A DNA stretch of 64,000 nt, from the NCBI GenBank assembly GCA_001642005.1, contig LWCA01000026.1, positions 14,254-78,253 on the forward strand. Reading direction: 5' to 3'. A program made the translations under genes and the position numbers. Below, in pieces: positions 14,073 through 24,844 of the stretch (positions within the stretch are counted from its first letter, which is position 1; the number at the start of each line of letters is the position of its first letter). The notes beneath the pieces were generated by a model, which saw only the letters and a list, made by a program, of their open reading frames with translations, had not been told where the DNA came from and ran no database searches. Source of the stretch: Intoshia linei. Its lineage: Eukaryota > Animalia > Orthonectida.

Positions 14073-15091
14073 CAGGGGTGGGTGACGATTCAACAATCGG
14101 TGGCCAAATCTGTCTAGCGAAAATTACTAAAGGCCATAAAAAAAAATAAAAATAATTGTTTTATGTATTTGCATAAATTCTTTTTCTTTCATATGTTTAT
14201 TTTACAAAGAATTGTTGCTCTTAAAATCAGTTCAATGAAGAGATTAAAAATTATTTCCTCAGAAAAGCCATCTATTTTGAACTGTTGAACTTGTTTCTTT
14301 ATTGAAGTTTCTTTCAAATATGGAAAATGTATCTGTGAAATATTTTTCTTGTTTATAAGTAATTTCAAAAGTGTAATGTGAGCTCGAAAAATTTTGATTT
14401 TTTTCTAAACCCTATAAATGTTTTTTTGATTTTCTTGTAAGAACATATTTAAATCATTTTGTTTCAACATTATATCCAACAAAAAGGCCATGTTTAGAAG
14501 AAAATCTGCATCAGTCAATATACATTCTTTCTCTAAAGCTTCAAAAAAATTGATTATAGGTTGTTTTAATTCAAATACTCTTTTTAACACCTTTGCTTGA
14601 GATAGCCATCTAACGCTAGAATGATATATGATGCCGTTTTTCTCTTGAAATTCTTTATTTTGCAGCATTGTGCGAAATTATCTGTGTCGTGTAGATTTAA
14701 AGAGAATAAAAATTACAATTTAATTGATTTTCTGGAATGTATCATCGAGAAGAACAGATTTGGCGCATAAGCTTTGCTGATGGAGAATACAATGGAAAGA
14801 ATATATTGTATGTTGGCTGAAATTTTTTCGCAAATGTGCAACAAATCCTGAATTTTTACTAAGCATGGCAGGTGCTCCGTCTGTACAAATACTTATTATA
14901 TTTTCTTTTTCAAGATAATATTGAACAAACAGCTCGTTGACTTGATTATAAACATCCAATCCTCGAGCCTGTCCAGTGATCGTCTGCATACCTAACAATT
15001 CTTCAAAAAGATTAAAATTTTTATCTATAACTCTGGCAAATATAAGTAATTGGGCTGAATCAGTCGCATCTGTTGATTCATCAATAGCCAA
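14073..15091 (-). mobile_element. hAT (Buster/SPIN/GTF2IRD2-like) transposon fragment with degraded transposase
   Basis: Motifs AIDESTD..AQLLIFAR, ICTDGAPAM, HCILHQQSLCAK and VRWLS on the minus strand, with stops. CAGGGGTGGG terminus at 14073; truncated at N 15092. Confidence 0.9.
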
Positions 15092-15092
15092 N

Positions 15093-15711
15093 TTGTGAAT
15101 TCATGTTTTGGCAAAACTTTGAAAGGAAATTATAAACAAGTGATAAGTAATTTTAAAGAAAGTTTTTGCAAGCTTGACATAAGAATAACTCCAAAACTAT
15201 ACTCTATTTTTTTCCATATCTTTGATTTTTGTGAACAAAATAAATCAGCACTTGGTATATGGTCTGAGCAAGCCTCAGAATCTTTGCATACAAATTTTAA
15301 AAAAACCTGGGCTAAGTATGCTGTAACAGAAGTTAATAAAGACAAGTATGGTCAACAATTGCTGAAAGCTATACAAGATTATGCATGCAAGCACATTTGA
15401 AAATTCATTATCATTTTATTAAATTTCTATACATTCAAGTTTGTCATAAATTTTTCAAAATGTTGAACTATGATTAATTTTCAGTATTTCAATGGAAATA
15501 ATTATATTCAGTTATAAAATGTTGAAAAAATAAAAATTTAAATAATTTTTTGCATTGAAATTCTCAATTTTACATTTTTTGCATTTAAAAAAAAGCCAAC
15601 TAAGAATTTTTTTAATTTTTTTTAAAATACTCCAGAAAGTGTACCGGTTCAGAAAATGTATAATTTGTAGACCTACAATTTTTTGTCATCTAAAATTTAT
15701 TCAGACAGGCT
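15093..15711 (+). mobile_element. 3' part of the RAG1/Transib-like transposase (catalytic E region) plus downstream sequence
   Basis: ITPKLYSIFFHI..LGIWSEQASESLH (ORF 15095-15400); the sequence after the stop is near-identical to 8440-8950. Confidence 0.8.
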
Positions 15712-15738
15712 ATACATAATGACTGAAACTCCAAACGG

Positions 15739-18700
15739 ATGGTAACATGTATTATACAAATTATATTATATCAAAATGATTGTCTTGCAAAACTGTTTAA
15801 AATAATTTAACCAATACGTAGAAAGTAAAAATAAAATTGTTTTTATCATTAAATATTAATTATATTATAATAAATTATACCAGATTTTTAATGTATATAA
15901 AATAATCATTGATTAAATTATTTAGAAAGTATACTTTTTATTCGATAATATTAATGTCATAAAAGTGGTTTCTAGTGTATAAGGAACTTTCTAATATATT
16001 GTTCGAATATATACCGAGTTATTATTAACTTGATCAATTCAATATCTTATTCACCTTACTTTAGTAAGTAAATTATTTTTAAGTTGTAAATGATATCACA
16101 TATTTTAATAGCTTTTTCGATGGTTTGAGTACCACGATCATTACATCTAATTAAGTGTCTAAAAAAATGTGACTTAAAAATAATTATATAATTTAGTTGG
16201 TAATTATCAATAAAATTGAATGTTCTCTAAAATTTAGAGTCTAAATGATATAATTAATGATAAAAGTCAAAAACTAATAACAAATTTGAAAATTAATGTA
16301 TAAACAATTATAGTTGGTATGAAATTGATTTATACTTGCACTAATACATTAGTATACACTTGTACATTATTGTATATAAATTTCATTACACAATCAAAAC
16401 ATACTTTATTTAGTCGGTATACTGTATTAAATATTTATAAAAATAAAACCAAAAACTTATATCATTAACATGCCCATGGAGAGGGTAGAATAGGGATATA
16501 ACGGGTTGAAAATTTTAAATTAATAGTTTATGAATCAACTTATGATTGATAGTTTCTTTATTTAGCCAAAATTATATATTGATCGGGTATATAGATGTAA
16601 TTTAATATGTAATATCATACTAATTTAAAAATTTCATAAAAGTTTTTTTTATAAACCTATAATACCCTTAATATATTTTTGTAATAATTATATATAATTT
16701 TAGTAAATTATAAAATAATAGTTGGTAAATTCAAAATTCTACTAAATTAAATTAGATATATTACACCAAATATTCATAACGTGAGCAGTAACGCCCCTAG
16801 GGGCGCTGGAGCTATTTGGGGGTCGGTATAAAAAATTTTAACTTTTGGGGCGCTGGACTAAATTTGGTATTATAATATATTATTAATATTTTATATTTGT
16901 GTATTGACTTATACTTTGAATAACTATTATAATTATTTGGGATATATAAGTAACTATATTACATTATTATAATATTTCATGATAAAATGTAAAATCAGTT
17001 TTGACCGGGAATGCGAGATTTCTAGAGTTTAAATTTTTTATATATATCAACTGAAATAAGCTGTATGAGAATAATCCTTTTTTTTAATTGTAGGACCAAA
17101 TTTTCAAATGTTGTCTTTTAATAAAATATTTAGGAAAAAAAATATATAAATACTAAAATGCTTTTTTGACTGTGAAGACGTCAATTTTTTAGATTCAAAT
17201 TTTTTCTGTGTGTTAACTGGAGATAGATGTATGTGTAGTAATTTTTTTGAAAATTCTAATACTTTTTATTTTTAAAATAAAGGGTAATCTGGGGTTTTGA
17301 TAATGAACATGAAGTTTTTTGTGATTACGATTTGTCATAATTCGTCATAACTCATAATAATTATGATTTATTAAAATATCACAGAATCTATGTTTATAAG
17401 ATTCTATAACATTTTTAATTTTTGCAAAAAAAAATTATTTGGGGTTTTGACTCTAAAGATATACCGTTTTAAAATCTGTATAAGATTGTATATCTTTTTA
17501 AATTTTATAACTGGCTTGATTTAAAAAAAGGATAATTCTGGTTTTGACCGGCAAGATGTAAGAATCTGAGTTTTACATTTATTTTAATTTATGTACCGTA
17601 AAAATCTGATTTGGAATTTGTGTTTGTTAAAATTCTAGGTCTGTTAGTTATTGAAAAAAACGGTAACACACACAAACAGACAGTCATTCAATTTTATATA
17701 TAAGTGTAAGTAAGGATAACTAAAATTAATAGTATATTATTTAGTATATTAATCTATATTTAATTTAAAATAACTCGAAAATTGTTCTACAAAATTTTGG
17801 GAAATACTTTATATCATTTATATTTTATTTTACATAAATTTTACGTTAAACGTATTTTTGGAGTAGATTTTCTTCAATATTATTTATTCAACTATATATT
17901 ACCGTAATATTATTAGCTGGTAATAACTACAAAAATTTAAAATGCTTAAAATAAAATTAAATTTACAATAAATTTGATATAATTACATGTATTTATTTTA
18001 TTTATATACTTTTATATATATTTTATTTATAGTGCGTAAATATTAATTTCATTCCACACATGATATGACTTAATACCACATGATTGATTATAAACCTTAA
18101 ATCTCCAAACATGTGTTTAATCTAAAATGACGATTTTCATTATCATAGATATTTCATACTATAATTATATAATATATAATAATAACTAGCTTGACTGTTA
18201 TGTACTTTGTACAAACAGCATCCTAGCACTGTCGAGGGCGGACTTTTTTAATTCTACCAAAAAAATAAATTCGATAATAAAATCTAACTTAAAAATGGTA
18301 CATTCACTATTATCAATCTTTTAAAAGACTAATTCTTAAACTTATTTCACAATGGACCCGTCATTTCACATTTTCTATTAATTTAAAGTAAATTGAAACA
18401 AGTTTAGGAACCACTCCTTGAAAAAATTGATAATAGTGAATAGTAGGATTTTTAAGTTAGATTTTCAACGTGAATTTATTTGTAGAATAAAAATGTGCTC
18501 TCGGCAGAGCTAGGTGATGTTTGTACGTAGTACAATACAGTCAACCTAGTATATAATATATCCGCCCGCCTCATAATTGACGCCACTGGTCTATATACAT
18601 TTTATAATATACAATGTAGTAATAATGTAACAATTTTCTTAAAAAATTCCTCGAATCTTGTAACGAGTTTTTTTAATTAATCAATTATATAATTCAAGGG

Positions 18701-21700
18701 CTTAAAGTTTTTTAATTTATATTGTTTATAATAAATAAAATAGTATTGTAATAAAAGTATATTTGAAACAGTCTGTAATATTAATGTTATGAATTTATCA
18801 ATTGCGATTTAATCCATAGTTTACCATCAGTGCTTTTCAATGGGTGTCACAAACTTTTTAAAATTTATTATATATTATTTTTCATCACTTTATATATTAT
18901 TCAAATTTCGAAAAATGTAAAATTTTTAATTACTTTGAAATTTGTGTCGCCAAATCAAACAGATTGGAGAGCACTGCTATAGACAGTCATAGCTAACCCA
19001 ATTATTTATTTTTGTAATTTATAAGATTTTCTTAATTTAAAATTATTATCAAAAGTTGGTAAACATTTAATCTACTTTATATTATACATTGTCTTATTTA
19101 TATTGTAATTATAAAACTGATAATGAATTAATTAATGCATTTCTTACATAGGGTATATAATATATAAAATAATAAAATATTAGTTGGTATTAATTAACTA
19201 CTTACTATCATTACTACATATCCAATTATTATCTAATTCAATATTTATTATTTTTTGGGTCAATTTTCGCAAACCATGCAAAAACCTTTACGCAAAGTTG
19301 CAGTGTGTATGGATTAGGGTTGGCAATCGATAAAAATTTAATTTTATTAATATTTTTCTTTAATTTATTTTTAAATTATTAATGAATTTATTTTAATGCA
19401 ATGCCTATTATTATAATTATAGTCATTATTTTTCTCAAGTATATCCTAATTCCTAATCTGAATCCGGATTCCTAACCTATATAAATCAGTTTTTTTGTCT
19501 GTCTGTCTGTTATTGTTTATATCAATAACAAAGAGATATAGGATTTTAACAAACACAAATTCCAAGACAGTTTTCCATCTCAGCAACTACAATTATCCTT
19601 TTTTTTGAAAATCAAATGAGTGCTAGAATCTAAAAAAGTATACACTCAAATACAGATTTTAAAATCATGAACATTCTCATAAATATAAATTTCAAAAAGA
19701 TATATCTTAAGAAACAAAACCCCAAATCACATTTTTTTTAAAAATGAAAATAGTACTATAATTTAAAAAAAAATTACACTTCATACCGTTATCTCCAGTT
19801 AACACATACATACATTTGGTCTCACTAAAAAATTACATTAAATTGACATTAAAATACTATTTAAATAAAATTTAACATTAAAATTTTATCAGGTAAATTG
19901 ACAACCCTAGTATGGATATTTTGTAATTTAATGAAAGCTATCAATGAAACTCTAATCAATTTATTTAGCTGGTATATTTACGCTTAAATACATTTATAAA
20001 GGAATTAAAAAGCGACAATTTAAATTATATTAATAATATAAACATTAACCTGTGTCCAAAAACAGCTTTTTTTGAGTAAACAAAAAGTTGCCAATGGGGA
20101 AAGATGAGCAATTATGTGTATGTTACGAATATGCTTTTTATAATTTTTGAGATCAAAAAAAACCACCCACTTTTGCTCTAAATGTCCCCCCGAAAAGTGA
20201 AAATATTTTTAAAATTGATATTAAATTAAAAATTGTTGGGTATTAAGTTAAATAATTTGTATTGTGTTTACATCTCTGATGTGACAAAAATTGTCCTCTG
20301 TCAGATACAATTTTAAAAATGACCCATCTATTAACAGAAATAGTCCTATTATTATTAAAAAAAAATATATGAAAAGACTATAAATTGACATAATAAGTAG
20401 AATTTGGGTCAATTTAACTCGCGGGCCATAATTTTACGAACGCTGGATTAGTCGATCGCATCAAAAACTTATTGGCCCTGATGCAGTATAATGGATTCTA
20501 AATTATAATACATTGATGAATAATTATAATTAATCAATTCTTTCTAATTTTATAGGCGGTAAATTATCTGTTATTAATTAATGAATAATACTTTATAATA
20601 CATAATGTATATATAAAATCATTATGTGACAGCAGTTCACACGTTATCGTTTAGATCAGAGGTGGGATAGCTTTGACTGTTTGAAGGTCGCACTAACGTT
20701 CTAAACAAATTTAATAAAGCCGCACCTTTCTAAACAAAATTTAATCAAATACAGCAGTGCGTCGCATGGGGTGACTGAGCACCTGAAAAAGGAAATAATT
20801 TTATTAGAGGTGAATACAAAAATTTTTAGCATTTGTTATTTAATTTAGTAAAATCTTATGAAAAAAAACCAAAATTTTACTAAACTTTTAGATCAAAAAT
20901 CCCTCTATCTTATACCAAACTAATAAAACCAAATTTTACCAGCCCCTTAACCCTTTCACTGTCTGTGTATTCTATACTATACATAGCAATTTCACTTCAT
21001 TCGTATGTGTATTCTATAATATACACAGCATAATTTTGAAAAACTTTATTATTTTATTTTCATACATTTTCACATATGTAATTTAAAAATAATACAAGTT
21101 TAAATTAAAACTAAAATTAAAATTAAATTCCAGACGTGTAGTGATACATCATAATATAGTATCAGACAGTGAAAGGGTTAAAGAAAAAAACTGCTTTACT
21201 AATATTTTTCTGAAAAATCCCATTTTACCAAAAATTATTATTTTTAAAATAATTTAAATTGTTCAGAAGGCCGCATTTTCCTCACCTCTGGTTTAGATGA
21301 TAATCTTCAATCGGTGATAGCGTGCGAACATTCAGTTAAGCGACATAATCATCGATTTGGTTAATTACAATAATAATAATTGTAATCATAATATTTATTT
21401 TTTGACAGTATTTTTGTGGTTGTTTAATTACAATGGTCAAAAGTAGGGTTTTTAAGTGATAATTTTTTAAAGATAATATTGAGACGAAAATTTTGTAGGG
21501 TTTTTAAAGGATAATTTTTTTTATGATTTTTTAAATATTATGAAGATAATTTTGAGACCAAAATTTTATAGGGTTTTGAAGGGAATATGTTTAAAATTTT
21601 ATGGCATCTTCTAAATCTTTTAAAAATGAGGGGAAAAAACTTCCCTTAACGCTTTCACTGTGTGGAATTTATGTTTAAATTTCAATTTGTATAATTTTTA

Positions 21701-23060
21701 AATAACCTATGTGAAAATGTATGAAAATAAAAAAATAAAGTTTTTCAAAATTATGATGTGTATAGTATAGAATACACAGACAGTAAAAGGGTTAAAAACC
21801 CTACAAAATTTTGGTTCCAAAAATTATGAATATAACATAATAAAATATTAATAAAGAAACCCACTAAAATTTAATGAAAAAATCAATGATAAATTTGTAA
21901 AATCGATGATTATGTCGCTCTAAGATCTATCGCTCCCAAGAATGTCTCTCAAATGTATGTCGCTTCAGGGAACGGACGTCATCTTCAATGAGTGGTAGCG
22001 ACATTTGTGTGTTGAAATTTTGTATTTTATTTAGTTCAATATAAATTAAGAATTATTTTTTTGTTAATTGATAGAAAACCGATTAATCATTGATACAATA
22101 TTTAACCACTGCGGTGGTTAATACTGTACACTAGAATATACTCATTAGGTGAAATTCCGTAAATGTATTGTTAACGAATTAAAAAAAAGGTAACATAGTT
22201 TCTAAAAATTTTACTTCTCGATTACATGAGTGTTAATGGTTCTATCAAATTCCAATATTCGATACATGTCAATGGATTTATACCAGGATTCACAAAAAAT
22301 ATATATTCATCGATAGTTACTTATTTTTAGGGAGTAAATCACAAAATTCATATTAATTTCATAACAATTTATATATACATTATTGGATTTTTTAATGAAA
22401 TTTAAATTAGTATGTAATTAAAACTAATCATTAAATTATTTTTATCGGTTAATGGATATTTATAGATAAATTAATATATTTATTTAAAGTAAGTAAATTC
22501 AATTTTTTTCATACATATTTAATTTCTTACAGTATATTGCTAAAAATAACTTTTACAATAGCAATGAGTAAAAATAAATATTTCAAAATCATAGGTTAAG
22601 GCTTAACTTAAGCTTCTTATCAATAACTATTGATTTATAATTTAATTTGTATTAATTTTAATATATTAAGTCGGTATAATAATTTACATGTTATTAAATC
22701 ACCATTAATAATATACATATATAAAAAGTCGATTACAGGGTTTAGTATAAAAATTAAATGTTTTAGATTCATAATTATACGTATTCCACGGAAATAAATA
22801 ATACGGCATATTGTATTTATTAATTCAGAACAAAAACATACCAATAATATAATTTTTCGTTTAGGCTTGGGTAATGAACTTTATAAAATACATTTATACT
22901 CAAGATAAGTTCAACTTTTGTATTTCCATTTCATAAATTAATACATAAATAATGATTAATATATTTAATATTCTATTTATAGGTGCAACTGGATTCTTTA
23001 CGGTAAGTTTGTGTAAAATTATTTATATAAGAATTTTAGCTTGATAAAAAAGCCGCATAA
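15739..23060 (+). CDS. Putative extreme micro-exon gene encoding a short signal-peptide-like or hydrophobic peptide
   Basis: 18 AG-NNN-GTA motifs plus 6-, 10-, 11- and 20-nt AG..GT units on the + strand; ATG|GTAAC at 15739; last acceptor at 23039; AATAAA at 23090-23095. The exact exon set and frame are not resolved (see findings). Confidence 0.6.
16990..17716 (-). mobile_element. Non-autonomous Helitron 5' portion
   Basis: Minus-strand 5' end A|TCCTTACTTAC..TATATAAAATTGAATG; the body matches the 26075 family. Confidence 0.7.
18186..18549. mobile_element. Two inverted Helitron 3' ends forming a foldback
   Basis: Starts CTAGCTTGACTG.. (minus copy) and ends ..CAGTCAACCTAG|T (plus copy); arms are ~150-200 nt. 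Confidence 0.75.
19315..19909. mobile_element. hAT MITE containing a Helitron 5' fragment
   Basis: TAGGGTTGGCAAT..ATTGACAACCCTA with a perfect 8-bp TSD GTATGGAT; Helitron-like sequence at ~19470-19815. Confidence 0.85.
20657..21290. mobile_element. hAT MITE with a nested piggyBac MITE
   Basis: CAGAGGTGGG..CTCACCTCTG with 8-bp TSD GTTTAGAT; a second copy lies in the opposite orientation at 40481. Confidence 0.9.
20951..21177. mobile_element. piggyBac-type MITE
   Basis: TTAA|CCCTTTCACTGTCTG..CAGACAGTGAAAGGG|TTAA. Confidence 0.9.
21650..21791. mobile_element. piggyBac-type MITE, inside a larger element with AGCGACATAATCATCGATTT inverted repeats (21339 and 21919)
   Basis: TTAA flanks; TIR CGCTTTCACTGT / ACAGTAAAAGGG. 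Confidence 0.8.
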
Positions 23061-23170
23061 CTTTGTTATGAAAATAATTTAATTTTTTGAATAAAAATAT
23101 ACATACATTCACTCTTGTTAGCTTTAGTTAGATACATTAGTTTTAAATATCTTGTATATTTATATAACAG

Positions 23171-24049
23171 TTAAACAGTCTGTTTAGCAAGTTTATTTTC
23201 CCACTCTATTGGAGTATAAGTATTAAGAGTTAAAGCATGAATTTTGGGTAATTCATTTTGAATAGCCTTGTGTATCATTCTATTATATTTATATTAAAAG
23301 TTTTAAAAGTATTGTAAGATCACTATACTATATTACAGGAAATATGGGCCAAACAACAAATCAATGGGTTAATAATTATTTATATTTATTTATTAATTTA
23401 TAATTGGGACTTGAAGAGCCGTTCGGTCACAACATCGACACTATTAATTAGGGTTATTCATTTAATATTTTTAAAATTATTAAAAACTTTAAATTAAAAA
23501 ATTTCACTATTAGACATTGAAATGTGTAATATTTGTATTAATGACATTGATTACAATGTTTTTGTATAAGGTAGGGTCAAAAAAAATTTTCAGATTTTGA
23601 TAGACAAAAAATTGGTGAAAATTTCTGTTTTACGGAGAATTACTATAATTTAAAAAAGTCTACTTAATCTGAGTAAAAAGAATTTCCAAAAATTTGCATG
23701 TTGATTGAATTTAACCAATTTTTGATATAAAATTATTAAACAAAATAGTAACTTAAATGATTACAGTCGTCTTTCAAACTCATATTTTAAAATTGTAAAT
23801 TACTTGTGTCTATTCAGTAAAGCATTATTGTTAAATTCAGAAGATACTATCAATACATCAAGTTTTATTCCACAAGCACAGTTTTTAGTTACATCAGTAA
23901 TTTCCTACATTTATAAAATAAAATAAATGTGATAAAACGTAAAATAAAATTTTTATTCAATGAATAATATTTTATAAAATTACTAGCACAGATGGACAAA
24001 ATATCTTTTTTAATTCACTATATACAATTTTATCCATTCGATTTAACAT
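23171..24049 (-). CDS. BOLA2: BolA-like protein 2, paralog B
   Basis: Exons 24049-23984, 23904-23804, 23279-23171: MLNRMDKIVYSELKKIFCPSVL/EITDVTKNCACGIKLDVLIVSSEFNNNALLNRHK/MIHKAIQNELPKIHALTLNTYTPIEWENKLAKQTV*. BolA motifs IVS..F..LL.RH and IHA..T.TP.EW. Confidence 0.9.
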
Positions 24050-24844
24050 GTAATAAAAAAATTAACAATAAATAAAGATTAAATTCAATTTAAATTTATT
24101 ACACAGAATTTAAAATTTAATCGATATTTTTCAATCTTTTGCATCTCATGACCCCTCCCTATCACCAACAACCAAAAATATTACGTAACTTGTTACTATC
24201 GTTTTTATATTTATTTCAATGTTAGTAAAATTTACCCAAATATGTTTTTTAAGTTTCGAGTCCGAAATTCGGACTCTGAATTAATTTATTGATACTAAAT
24301 ATTTTTTACTTATCGAAGCAGATACTTGAATATATACCATTACATTAAAAAAAATTTCTGGTTAATTTTATTTTTTCTGGAATTTAAGCTATTTATGACA
24401 ATTTTTTGGATTGTACTGTTTTTACTTTATTTTTAAAATTATACATTCATTATCTCTAATAAATTAAAGAAATGGCCTCAGAAAATTAATTTTTCAAATT
24501 CTTTACACAAATGTTAACAAAATAAAATTTAGTAGAAATAATTAATTTAAAATTCAATTCGAAATAACTTGTTCATGGTGAAACAGACTTGGAAACACTC
24601 CGTTATAGGATTGGTAATAGTGAATAGTAGCATTTTTATGTAAAATTTTATTTAATTTACTTATTTGGTAGAATCAGAAAAGTTCGCCGTGACAGAGCTT
24701 GTAGCTGTTTGTACGTAGTACACAACAGTCAAGCTAACTTGTCATAAATTACAATACAATTAACAGGTAAATTTAAAAAATTTAATTATAACAATCTTTG
24801 AACAAATAATACAGAAATACAAAAATGTACAATGTTACCAAACA

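Noticed and set aside
15884-16780. Additional AG..GT units of 9, 9, 21, 2 and 25 nt (15884, 16353, 16566, 16595, 16756)
   Set aside because: Left out of the micro-exon model: they have weak sites or very short flanking introns, or introduce stops. They cannot be fully excluded without cDNA.
22149-23060. Resemblance of GATGFF to ribosomal protein L33
   Set aside because: Only a few residues match; the rest of L33 is absent.
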